A DNA stretch of 64,000 bases from Octopus vulgaris (taxonomy: Eukaryota), in the NCBI GenBank assembly GCA_951406725.2, contig OX597815.1, forward strand, positions 103,230,001 to 103,294,000. Reading direction: 5' to 3'. The notes beneath the pieces were generated by a model. It saw nothing but the letters and a program-made list of their open reading frames with translations, had not been told where the DNA came from and did no database searches. The translations under genes and the position numbers were made by a program. Below, in pieces: positions 37,454-50,125 of the stretch (positions are counted from its first letter, which is position 1; each line of letters starts with the position of its first letter).

Positions 37454-39137
37454 CCTGTAAAGAACGGTGTTTCTCTATGTTAAATCACTTCTGATTCTGG
37501 TACAGATAAGTTAATTTTTGTCGAGGGTTTACCTAACGGGTTTACCCATTGTTACAACTGTTGAGCTATTGTTGACTAATTGTTGTACTGTTTTACTTGT
37601 TTTTGCTTTCTCTTCCATTCAGGGCGAAAATAGTATTTAGCTATAGAAGTGGTGCAGGTACCCAAGCAAATACAAGCCGGGCGCTACGTGTCTGTAGCAA
37701 GCCGCGAAAATGTTACAGCTACTGTTAACCTGCTGGAAGTGGAAGAAGTACGTGTGGATTTGGATATTTTCAAGAGGAGCAAGGATTTAATTCAAAGAGA
37801 GGGGTTAAGGCTAAAGCTGACTCCCTCTGAAGATATTACAAAAATGAAAAATAAGAAAATGGTGGTTTACAGAACGTTGTCAGTCAAGAGCAAGAAAATA
37901 GAGATGGCATGTGAAGAAGCCAGAGAGGAGAGCCTGAGAGAAATTAGGAATGATATCGAATTTTTTGTAGAGGAAGAAGATTCGGTACAGTGTAAGTGTG
38001 TTTTGCTACCGCAGAGTAGGCAATAAAGCACTCCACTTCAACACTAAGAACGGATGAATGGGCATTCTTGCCAACCTACCTCGGTAAACGAGTGGCGAGA
38101 GTAAAGATCGGCAGGGTGCCCCCTGAGATAGCCAAGTTGTGGCTGCTTGCCATAATTTTGGTGGGGACAAAAGAGGACCCAAAAATACTGCAAGTGACTC
38201 GGACGAAGCAAGGAAACTGGTGGGAATTTGGCCTGGAAGTTGTAATCCAGGCCATCTCACAGGACATGGAAGAAATTGTAGAGGAAATTGAGCTGCCAGA
38301 AGAAGTGAAGCAGCGAGTGGTAGTGGAAGGGAGACCTCCCACCCGCTACTACTGCAGAAAGAGGAGGCACATAAAGGTGAGCTTCCCCCTTTTAAAAAAG
38401 TGGAAAGTATAGACGAAATGTTCTAGTAGGTACAAAGCAGAAAGGGAAAGGGACTAAAAACTTCATCCCCAGCCCCCGAAGAACCTAAACAAAAAGAAAA
38501 AGAAAGAAACAAGTAACACACAAGCACCCATTACACAGGAAGAAATATAGAAAACATACTCACACAGTCTACCATACCGCTGTAAACACCCAAGAAAACC
38601 ACAAATATCCCTAAATACCCAGAGTCCCCAGTTAAATATACACCAACACAAGCAGACACACAAACCTCAAAGGCCAGTCACAAAAATATGTCATGAGACG
38701 ATCACGGCCATCGAGAGAAACATTTCAAAAAGGAAATCAACAGTAAGAGTCAAAATGTCTGAAGAGTACTACCCAACAAACATAAAGATTATACTAATAG
38801 ATATGGACAGGTACAAAAAACTAAACGAAAATCTGGGAAATGACATAGACCCATTGGGACCTGAAGTGAGATGCAACTCTCTACCTCCAGTGATAGAATA
38901 TGACAACTTGAAACCATACATGATCCGATAAAGTAAGTTTAGATTTGATTTTAAATCGATAAACATTTAAGAAAAAATAGTAAAATGGTACTTCGCGTGA
39001 GTGTGTCTCGAGTAGCCATTCCACCTTCATTAATTATATAATTCATTTCATTCATTCGTTTATGCTTCATGTCCCCACTTTGTTGTATGGCCTTGTGCTG
39101 TACCCTCTGTGTTGGGCCGACGTGGCAACTAAAGAAA
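37454..39137 (+). mobile_element. ORF1-only retroposon copy D
   Basis: Flanked by GAGTCGGTGAG (37443-37453 and 39140-39150); same 3' terminal block as the other copies. Confidence 0.85.
37649..38931 (+). pseudogene. ORF1/gag-like protein of copy D
   Basis: RGRRFGTV..CFATAE, LPTYLGKRVARVKIGRVPPE, RVVVEGRPPTRYYCRKRRHIKVSFP (decayed knuckle), and IERNISKRKSTVRVKMSEEYYPTNIKIILIDMDRYKKL...PPVIEYDNLKPYMIR*. Confidence 0.85.
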
Positions 39138-39139
39138 TT

Positions 39140-40010
39140 GAGTCGGTGAGTTGTGTAAAGCCGAGAGTTGCGTATTGTCGTAATTACAAGTAATTACAAG
39201 TATCTTGAGTAGAACGATTGGCGATGACGTTATTATCCATTATATCGTACGTCGAACGTGCGCTACAAGGGAAATACGATAGAATGATTTTCAGCGGACA
39301 GTGTTGCGAACTCCATCGAAGAATTTTAGTACCAACCGGATGAAGGAACTACCTTTACTGCGTATTACAGACGATACGAGGACAGAATTGTGTCTCGATG
39401 AAACGATACATATTTTGACTAATATTTTTAACGAACAAAGTGGGAATGTTTCAATTTTAAAATAAATGGGTCCGACGATTTGTAACATATGCCGGTATTG
39501 TTAATAAGGCTTGTGAAAGGTTTAAGCTTCAAGAATTAACGCCAGATATGTTTAAGTGCGTAATATTCGTTAAAGGGCTTGTGGTAACGGAAGACGCGGA
39601 AATTAGAAAAAGAATATTATTAGAGTTGAATAAAGATGTTGAACTAACTTTGCAGAAAGTGGCTGAGGAATGCCAACAAATAATAAACCTTCGAGAAGAT
39701 ACAAAAAAATAAATGATGATGATGATGATGATGATGATGATGTACAAACGTGTAAAGAAAGTATTGAAAGACAAAAAAGACATAAATCCAAACCTAAGCT
39801 ATGGTTGCGGAAACCTGCATTTTAAGAAAGAATGCCCTTTTAAATATTAAAAAGGTCTTAAGTGCGGTAAAACTGGGCATAAACAGTCAAAATGGTGGTT
39901 GAAGAAATATGCAAAAAATGAGAAACCGAAGAAAGTCTAATCAACAAAAATAAATTACACCATCGAAAACCAAAAATTTGTGTCGGTAAAGATAAACGGT
40001 TTTGTCGAAG
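39140..40010 (+). mobile_element. Plus-strand Gypsy fragment: possible LTR end, PBS-like TGGCGATGACG (39219-39229) and gag remnant
   Basis: FKCVIFVKGLVVTEDAEIRKRILLELNKDVELTLQKVAEECQ plus two CCHC-like knuckles (GCGNLHFKKECP, KCGKTGHKQSK). Confidence 0.75.
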
Positions 40011-40011
40011 A

Positions 40012-41759
40012 CCGATTTTTCTTCTGTGAACATTAACTCTGTTGATGACTTTCCTGAATTAGTATTTGGATTTGGCGTTATTTATATACTCTCAAAAATT
40101 TCGTTAGTACGACGTCATCATTTACCTTACTCCTAGCTTTTCCTAGAACTTTTTTGAATGTGTCGTCAAATCATTCTACCTGACCATTTGTCCTCAGGTG
40201 GTAGGGCGAGGAAAAGATGTGCTTTATGGTATGTATTATGCAGACATTTCTTAATTCATATCTCGTGAATCGTGTTCCATTATCTGAAAATAACGTGTCT
40301 GGAGCACGATATTCGGCAAGAAATTCGAATAGGAACATTATTGTTGTCTTTGCTATGGGTTTATTACATCTGCATACCTCTGGCCGCTTTGTATAGACAT
40401 TCACAATGATTAGATAGTGTGCATCGTTCATTGGCCCAGCATAGTCGATATATATCTTGGACCGTGAGCTCCCAGTCTTTGTGTATAGACTTAGTTTGTC
40501 TGAGAGTACTTGCGGAAACATTAAAAACAATTCCCTTTAACTCTTCAGACGAATTATTTTTAGAGGGAGAAACATTTACGTTTTTGAAATAGCGATTTAT
40601 GGGGAGGTCCCATAAATCGAACAATTCTAACCAATCGGTACTAAACATATCGGTTGCATTTTTAACGACGAAGACTTTCGCCTTGCATGTTTTACCCTCT
40701 ATGTCCATATTTCGCCTATGAAATGTAATTTATCGTCCGTCACACTACGAGCAGATTTCGCTGTTTTTCTCAATACAGGTTTCCCTATTTTCTTCTATGT
40801 TTCCATATTTACTATTGAAATATCACTTCTAGTATCCAATTTTAATATGTATTCCACTTATTTTTACGTGTACGAATTCTTTTATTTGGGAATCGATTTA
40901 TGCCTCTGCTGCGAGAATACTAGGATTTTAGCATCTGACCTTCGTAATTTTGTTCTGAAATATGAACTCTTGTGACCATTTCTTTTGTAAATGTAGCATT
41001 TTTGATTTTTAAATGGACAGCTGTTTCTGAAATATATATGCCAACATCCATAACATAGATTAGGACGTAGCGCTCTTCTTTGGCTGTACTTTTCTGGTCG
41101 GCATATCTGTATTTTTGATAATCGTTTTCTTGAATTTTTTCAACATTGTCTTTCAAATTTATCATTCTATTGCATTCTTCTACCAAGAACTGTAAAATTA
41201 GATCTTGACACTTGAACATCTCAGGTGCATGTTTATTGAGTTAAGAACTTTTACACATCCTGTTGACACTTCTTGCGTATGTGATAAAATCATCATTCTC
41301 TGTTTTCAGTACATTGCAAAACTCCATTCGAGTGTTAGAGATGTTTGTTATCATCGAATATGTTAAACAGTAATTGTTTTGCTTCTTTAAAACAAAATTT
41401 CATTGGATGTTTTTGGCAATATGAAATTACAGTAGCCTTCATGCCGTAACGGAGCTAATTTTCGCAATAACACTTTCACTTTTTGTTCGTCCGACCATGA
41501 TTTCCAATATTGCTCAAAAATTTTCTCGTACCTTCTGTTGTACGATAGAAAATACACTCCTCTGGGTTATAATTGAATTCATTAATCGAGTTCGAAACGC
41601 CGTCTAGCTAAAATAAACTTCAATTTTGGACTTGTTTGAATATACCTCCAATAATTGTTGTTGTTGTAGTTGTTACTGTGATAGTTGCTACTGCAACTCC
41701 TGTTACCGCTCTTGTGGTTGCTTTTGCAACTATACTATGGAAGCTAATAGGTCTTCCAT
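40012..41759 (-). pseudogene. Gypsy gag-protease-integrase remnants with RT and RNase H missing
   Basis: KVFVVKNATDMFSTDWLELFDLW (protease end) joined at about 40490 to IYIDYAGP...SDNGTRF...SSPYHLRTNGQVE. Confidence 0.85.
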
Positions 41760-41814
41760 TATTTAACAAGTTGTATCATGAAGAATGTTTTAAATAACCT
41801 ACGTGAGTTTCGAA

Positions 41815-41827
41815 ACCCTCGTCGCCA
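41815..41827 (-). other. Primer-binding site TGGCGACGAGGGT (tRNA-Ser GCU)
   Basis: Complementary to the ...ACCCUCGUCGCCA 3' end of metazoan tRNA-Ser(GCU); 5 nt from the LTR end. Confidence 0.8.
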
Positions 41828-42459
41828 GATATTGTAACGTAATTTGTTACAATAAGTAAAATAACCAGACAACAGTAAAAACAATGTAACGATCTAACAA
41901 ATCTCTTTACAAACCAACAATCAGTATTCGTTGTGAACTAACTCCAAACTGATATGAAAGCGTATTTCAACTAAAATAATATTCTGTCAGATTCGATCCC
42001 ATTGGCCAATGGTGTTGTGTTAACTATGGGGATATACCAGCACCAATTTCGTTCTCAATATACCTCGTAGTGAGAATCGATCATGCATGTCAAGAGTTTT
42101 ATCAAAACTTCTTCGTCAACTATTGCGTAATTGGTAAACTAGAGTTCGCTATTGATTACTTTCTGATGATTGTATCATTCTGGCCCACTCTTAACATGAT
42201 ATTAAAAAAAAACAATGGTCCCTCTTCTAGTAACTGTACTTCTTTTGTAAGATGATGCTTACACTTGCTCTAGGAGAAACGGACGTGAAAGCAAATATAC
42301 TTTGACAAGAGACCAGATAAGATGTAATAGATTCTTTTGTATTTCTCGAAAGATTTTACCTCCAGAGATGGATATCTTGAATCTAAAATCAAATTTGCAC
42401 AAGACTCTCTAAAAAAAGATTTGTTGCACGCTCTCGCTCTCTCTTTCTGTATGTGTGTC

Positions 42460-42525
<66 letters not shown>

Positions 42526-43096
42526 GAGAATCACATTCATGGCACCAAGAATTACTAGTGACAACTGTTTCATTGTTAGGAGAATACGCAATGATATGGT
42601 TAACTTTTTTACGTTTAATGGCTTCTTTTACTTGTCATACACAGTTTTATCATCACCATTAATTAATTTCAAACATAGTCATGGGAATTAGACTGACTGT
42701 GGCAGATCCAACCTTTACAAGTGGTGACCTTTATGCTGACACTTCAACAGCAACAAAGCCTAAACGTTTGTTTGTACATGGGAGCACAATGAAAAATAAT
42801 GATTTGAACAATTTATAACACGATTTCATAATTCCTGTCTTAATCACAGTAGAGAGAATGACTAATATTTTATTTAGATATAATTTGTAAAGCATTCCGA
42901 AATCTCTATATTTTATTTTTGAAAATACAGCTTTGGCAAAATATCTGGGCATCACCGGGTAGGTCAGCTAAGATTTGACGAAGTTATGATAATGTAGACC
43001 AGCACTCATTATTGAATTATTTCAAGATTTTCACTTGAAACAGCTGTATGTAAGTTAATGAATGCAATTATGTAAATATCGTTTTTTACCATATAG

Positions 43097-43150
<54 letters not shown>

Positions 43151-43214
43151 AGTGTGTGTGTAGGCATGTGTGCGAGTGCATGCGCGTGTGAGTGGGTAGG
43201 GGTATTGCATAAAC

Positions 43215-43450
43215 GTATGTGGTCTAGTGGTTAGGATGTTGCAATGGCGATCGCAAGAACTTAATTCTCAGACCAACGTTGCGTTGTGGTCTACATCACG
43301 ATGCTTTATTCACCTCAGCTGTAAAGGAGTAACCCTGAAAACGACTTTTGTCCAAATTTTGGGATGTATTAGCTCTTCGTTTACTCGGCGGGTATCATCA
43401 TTCGAAAGCTACAGCCAAACGAAGAAGCTCATCGTTCCCACCGGTTTTTT
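43215..43450 (+). mobile_element. Degenerate tRNA-derived SINE
   Basis: A-box GTGGTCTAGTGGTTAG followed by a decayed body. Confidence 0.5.
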
Positions 43451-46056
43451 AACAACATTCGCACACACACGCACATGTACACACACACGCACACACACAC
43501 GCGCGCGCGCGCACGTACACACACACACATTGCATAAATGTTTCACACGAATTCTGAAAATACCGAAATGGAGTTAAATCTAATCCCCTTACGATATTTT
43601 GCCCGTGGGGATAGTATGATCACTTCAGAGTTTAGATCCATAAATATATTTTCCATCTAGTTAGAAATATATAGTTGCAGCAGCTTTCAAATGTAGTTTC
43701 ATTTTCTTCTCTTGCTCATATGATTCAGCCTTAGTTGGTTGAACATGAATTAATTACACTGTTATTAACAGTAACAGTGTTTCAGTATTAGATTACATAA
43801 ATTGCGACATTCTAGGAAGATACCAACATTGTAATTGTTGGACAGAAGAAATTCAATTGTACTAACACTTCATTTCTTTCAAGGGTTCATTTATCAATAT
43901 TTGGGGTTAGATTTTCACAGTTATCAATTCAACAAAAACTGGTTACGCATCACTTGATTCGACCTCCAGCACAAATTAACTTATGCAGCTTTGTGATGTG
44001 AAAACAAAGGTGTATATCAATTGTTCAGAATACAGTATTTAATAGACACAGAGAAGATTAAATGTAAGTGAATTTCCTTAATTTTTGTACAGAACAAAAT
44101 AATTATATACTACTAAGATCATTTTGTTTAGCTGACAAAAATAATTATGAAAAGATACAACATGAATCTATGAACAGGGAAATCAGTGCCTGTTGGTAAT
44201 TGTTTCACAGCAAGCAATACTGAGATCAAATATTAACGCTTCTCTTGTCAAATAAGCAACAAAGTTTAACAATAAACAAATCAGATGAAACGTCCTTGTG
44301 ATTATATAAATATATCAAGGTATCTATAAATCAGGAGAAATATTCGTAGCTGGTTCTGGTAGCCACAACCAGCTGAGTCCAATATATGTGTCAAGTATAG
44401 TACTAAATTCCTGAATCCATGACAGCTGTCATTATACTCTACTACCGAAGTTGATAAGGCAACAGTTATATCTTTCTATACCAACGAATAAAAATTACTT
44501 CAAATTTCTTAGCGTATTCTTCGTACGCTCACTCTGGTTTGAAATATATGGGTGTAGCAATGGCGTACAACATCACCCATTGCTACTATATGATTTATTG
44601 AATGTCATATATCTACTATTGTGTATTTCACGTCAATCGTAATTTTACTCATATTCTTTACTGACAACTTGGAAACATATTCAGACTTGGAAAGCCTTCA
44701 GTAATGGCTGTTCCTGGTTTTCTGCACCTGGACACGCATTCGTCAAAATAGATTAAAGAAAATGGCTTCTGTGAAATGCTAGAAAAGTTTACTTAACCAG
44801 ATTTGAACTCAGCTCTATCTTATTCTCTAACGACTCGGGATTATCAGCCTTGGAAGCGTGTTAAAAACCGTAAATATAATTTTATATAGCTTTCTAAGTC
44901 ATCTTCCTAATTATAAGTTAATACTTCTTTCATCTCAACTCTCTTGTAATAGCAATGTGTTCGACATTTTAACATACATTTTGTACCCCGTAATTTTATA
45001 TTTAATTTTAATAATTTTAGAATGGAATTTCGCAATGAAAAACCCATTCAAAAAGCATTGTAAAAATCAATATATAAGGTTTTGCTTTTCAACTTTCTCT
45101 CACTTCAGCATTCATAATTAATTTGTTTTGTTTCACATAACCTCTTGAAATCTTATTAATGCAGCAATTAATTTTTATGTATTATTTTTCTTTTCAGTAT
45201 TCTTAGACTCACTATCTAATACACACAACGTTCATTTTTATTAATTTATTTATTTATTTTAGTCTGAATCCTATAAAACATAACTGATCATAGCCGATGG
45301 CATTACCATGGTTAACTAAAGTAATGCAACAAAATATTTGAGGAGGATAAATTTTCAGATATAGTAAATCACCCACTGTTTTCCTTCTTTTCATCCACTC
45401 TTCACTACTTCTTGTAGCTTCATCTGATTAGCTGCTATTTAAACATACCCAGTAGTATGTATGAGTGGATGTTGGTTTTGTAAGTTCGTTGAGATTGTGT
45501 TCGCTATTAAAAGTGTGATTTTCTTTGGTTCGATGTATATCTACAACAAATACAGCATTGTGGTAAAATCAGTGCTGGCTATATAGTTTCTATGGAATAT
45601 CTGTAGAAACACCATTACAAAACGTTCCACTCAACCAGCCTCAGATACCAGCGTTAGGATATTTATCGTTGCTGTGTATGTCCACAATCGCTAACCAAGC
45701 AAGAAATCTATTCGTATTAAACTTTCGTTGAAGGGAGAATTACAGAAACATAAGTTTTTCTACACCCCACGACAATTCCCATTTCAACGAAATCTCATAT
45801 TATACACTTGAAAAAAAATAACTGAATCTCGACTATACTTTACATCCTGCTTGTTTTTCAATTTTCAGTTCTGTTTTGATAGCTAATATGATACATATTT
45901 CTTATAGATAAAATATATTTTTAGTAGAAACATAGTTATGGAGTTATTTCCAATCGCAATTGAAGAAGAGTAATCGAAAAAAGTATTGACTATGACATGA
46001 GTGATATGAAAGGGAATGTCAAAGGAAGAGAAAGAACGAAAGGGAGAGAGAGAGAG

Positions 46057-46091
<35 letters not shown>

Positions 46092-47006
46092 AAGAGAGAG
46101 AGAGACGTTAAACTACGATAGCACCATTTTATAGATAATTTAGTAGAAGGATACACAAAATGCTGGTGCTCACGTTCATGAATGAGTTCCACAGTAACTA
46201 ACGGTAATTCCACGGAATGCATGACATTCAATTTAGGTATAAGAATCCCTATAATGAATAGTAAAAGACATACGATGCCGAGAACAAACCTGCTGCTGTC
46301 GCTTCCTCTACTGCTATGTATATCTACAACAAATACAGCATTGTGGTAAAATCAGTGCTACATTCTTTGATAATAATAAGAAAATGTTAAAAACAGTTTA
46401 CGAGAAAGTATTTAAGAAAGTAATCAGAACTGGACTCCAAAAACATTTAGTATACTTCATAGCGAAATACGAGGTACCTACAAATCTTGAAAGTTAGAAT
46501 TTGTTGAATTTATTAGATAAGCCTCTTCCGAGTTGGTTTATGAGAAAATTAAGTTTAGACACAATTTTTTATTATTGCTGATTGTTTAATATTTTATAGT
46601 AGGTAATGTCTTGAAGTAGAGTTAATTCGGCATTTTTGTATTGTTTTTCATATATATATGTATATATATAGATCAAATTTACAGAAAGCAAAAGACGAAG
46701 ACAGGTATAGGAACAACAAGTAGGTGTATTAGTTTAACGCTATATAGTTTTCCAATCTATTGAGCTAGGGATGCATTTCTGTATAGGCTGAGGGAGTTCA
46801 TTGTAAGAGAAATTGGATGCGAAATCATAAGATTCTAAACACACACAGTGACAGACACACTCACACATACATACATATATACATGCACAAACACACACAT
46901 ATAATATATATATATATATATATAATAATAATAATATATGATGATGTGATATATATACGTGTACATATATTTGCACGCAAATATATATACATACATATAT
47001 ATATAA

Positions 47007-47043
<37 letters not shown>

Positions 47044-47710
47044 ACAACATAAGATGAAGACAAAGTAAGGTTGTAAGGTACCGCACGAGTGGAAATATAT
47101 ATGAAAGAAGGTTTGAAAATGCAATTTTAAACATATTTATTTACTTGACCGGTTTCCCTTTTTTAAAAAAAAGATTATCAAAAGTAAAATGTACAGCTTT
47201 GTATAAGTGTTGTTGTGTTGAGTTCTGGTTATCACAAAAGTATTAAAATACAGATATACATTCTTTGATAATAATAAGAAAATGTTAAAAACAGTTTACG
47301 AGAAAGTATTTAAGAAAGTAATCAGAACTGGACTCCAAAAAGTATTATGACTTCAACAAAAATCATGTTTGTTTGGTAATGTATATATACACAGAAGGAG
47401 ATATATTTAAGAATTTACAAAAATTGTAGATGATTAACTGACCTGTCTCTCTGAAATTTTGTCTTCTGGGTATATATGTATATATATTTACGGCGAGGTA
47501 AATTCGATCTGCGTGTCACAGAGGTTGACTGTCCTTCGCTAGACATAAATATAAATACGTAAAATGTTTTACAATGTCAGATTTTATTTAATTATTTTCC
47601 TCAGGAAAGTTTCAAGACTTATATAAACGTACAACTATATATTACTCCTAAGAAAATTTTCTTCACTTTTGATATATTCTTCAGAGCACCACCAATCTCT
47701 GCTCGTTTCC

Positions 47711-47787
<77 letters not shown>

Positions 47788-47864
47788 TGTATACACATAT
47801 TTAAACGAGCGGATATATATATATATATATATACACCTACACACGTATGGAAACGAGATAGACA

Positions 47865-47952
47865 GAGGAGCAAACGTGTTTGTACAGTAAGATTGCTTCC
47901 CACCGTCCATGGTTTCGGCTTCAGACCCCTGCGTGGTACCTTGGGCAAGTGT
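47865..47952 (+). mobile_element. SINE head fragment
   Basis: ctgcgtggtaccttgggcaagtgt is identical to 32629-32652. Confidence 0.7.
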
Positions 47953-48215
47953 ATATATATTCTGTCTGTCGCTGGTATACAATAGCGTCTTCATAGTATG
48001 TTTGGCTGGCTGTCGTCTGTCGTTCGAACTGGAACATGGCTGAGTAAGCTCTGTGTGGTCTCCGACAAGACCTTAGAAGGTCTAAAGCCGAAAGACGATG
48101 ACTAGTGGAAATACTAGCTTATTTAAAGAGAGAAAATGGCTCAATATATATATATATATATATATAAACACATATATATGTATATCCTTACACGCACGCA
48201 CACACACACACACAT

Positions 48216-48248
<33 letters not shown>

Positions 48249-48282
48249 ATGGGTACAGTGGACTTGCCGTGGGGTGTGTAAT

Positions 48283-49835
48283 ATCCAACGTTTCCGATTC
48301 AATCCTTCGTCAGAGAAGAAAGAGAAAAATTCAAACAGAGTTTACATCCTCTCATCTTGAAAAGCTGGCTGCAGCTGATAATGGACGCTGGATCACACGG
48401 GCTACTAACGTGAACCAGAAGATATAGGAGGGCGCATGCAGAAAGGGGAAGTGAAAGGATGCGGAGAGAGTAGAAGTAAGTAAATAGGGGAATGTTACAG
48501 AGAGATTGTGGGAGCAGGATTAAAAAGGGTTAAAAAGAATTAAGAGAGGGTGAAAGGATGAAAGGAAAAACGTTCATTCATATTGGTTGTGGACATAGTG
48601 CCAAGATCAAATATGAGACTTTTCTCCATTCTTTTCTAGAGAATGGGGATCCGAGGTGCAAGGCCATATCACACACTGATAAATCTGAAATAGAATGATT
48701 CACAGTGTTGAAGTGGGTAGTGACAGGTTGGCCTGGTATACGAAGCATTATGCCTCTGATGTGTTCGTAAATGCGATTTCCAAAGCGTCGCCCTGTGTCT
48801 CCAATTTAAAGAGCACTGCAGATTTTCCATATGATGCAATATATCAGATTCGCCGAAGTGCAACCGAAGATGTGTGTTATGAGATATTGCTTCTTGGACC
48901 CCGTGATGGTGGTAATATTGTTTATGTAGGGACATGTTATAAATCGTCAGTGATAACATTAAAATGATCCGGGTTGTGCGAAGCTGGGAGCTGTGAAGCT
49001 TCTAACAAGGAGATCTCTAAGACTCCTATCTTTTTTAAAAGACAGGAAATATGGTGTGGAAAAGATAGGGGTACTTGTTAGGTCAGAAAAAAGAATGCGA
49101 AGTTGTGGGTGAGTTTGTGCTTTAGAGGGAGGATGGACGGGTGAGAAAGAGTGGAATGCGGTCGGTGGAAGTGCATGAAGATGGTAGGAGATCTGCAGTG
49201 CGGTTGATGGCTTGGGCTTGGCGGAGTGCCGGATCGACAACTAATGGAGGATACCCCTCGATTTAGAAACAAAGTCGTCGAAGGCGAAAACGTCGAGAGA
49301 AAGGTATAGTAGATTTAATGTGTTTAGGATAAGAGGAAGGGTAGTAGAGGCAGGACTGGAGGTCGGTGGGTTTATAGTAGACAAAGGTGGAGAGGTGGGT
49401 ATTGTGTATTTTGATGGAGATGTTAAGAAAGCAAGCAGAAATATCAGATATGGTGTGGGTGATTTCCAAGGCCGGGTTAAAGGTGTTGACAAAAAAAATC
49501 GTTTAGTTGTTGTTTGTTAAGGCTTGTAACGCCAATACAGTCGTCAATGTAACGACCATAAAATTCTGGGATGGATCCAGGGAAGTGAGCAAAGATTTGC
49601 TCCTGCACATAACCTACAAAGAGGTTGGCATAATTAGGGCCCATCCAGGTGCCCATAGCAACACCGCAGAGGTGCTTATAGAATTCACCAGAGAAGGAAA
49701 AACAATTGAGTGTTAAGACGAGCTCAGCTAGGTGGTGGAGTGTATTCGTGCTGGGTTCAAGTATAGAACGACGGTATAAGAAGTATTTAAGTGCTAGTAG
49801 ACCGTCATTGTGAGGAATAACTGACTACAAAAAGT
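48283..49835 (-). mobile_element. 5'-truncated Penelope-like element (RT C-half, GIY-YIG endonuclease, terminal repeat with minimal hammerhead)
   Basis: AMGTWMGPNYANLFVGY, RYIDDC, VYYKPTD, IYCI.....AL.IGDTGRRFGNRIYEHIRG; CTGACGA...GAAACGTT at 48287-48313. Confidence 0.9.
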
Positions 49836-49891
49836 TAATGTCTATGGTGAAAAGGCTTTTGGATCCACCAGGTGGAAAAGAGACACGCGTT

Positions 49892-49945
<54 letters not shown>

Positions 49946-49989
49946 CGCATTTATATGGGTGAGCACGTCTATGCAGCTGTCTATGCAGC

Positions 49990-50125
49990 TCCGCTTAACA
50001 ACAAGTGTTGGCGTCTTTATGTCCTTGTAACTTAATTGGTATGGCAAAAGTGAATGATAGATTAAGTACTAGGCTTTAAAAAAAGAATAGTTTGATTAAA
50101 ATTTCTTTAAAAATAAGTAAAGAAT
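49990..50125 (+). mobile_element. SINE tail fragment
   Basis: gcttaacaacaagtgttggcgtctttatgtccttgtaactta...gatagattaagtactaggct. Confidence 0.6.

Larger units (their letters stand above)
34848..41942 (-). mobile_element. Non-autonomous Gypsy (Mag-like) LTR retrotransposon, copy 2, with nested insertions
   Basis: LTR at 34848-35112 and truncated LTR at 41833-41942, PBS at 41815-41827, gag/protease/integrase remnants at 40012-41759. The internal region and LTR are homologous to copy 1. Confidence 0.85.
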
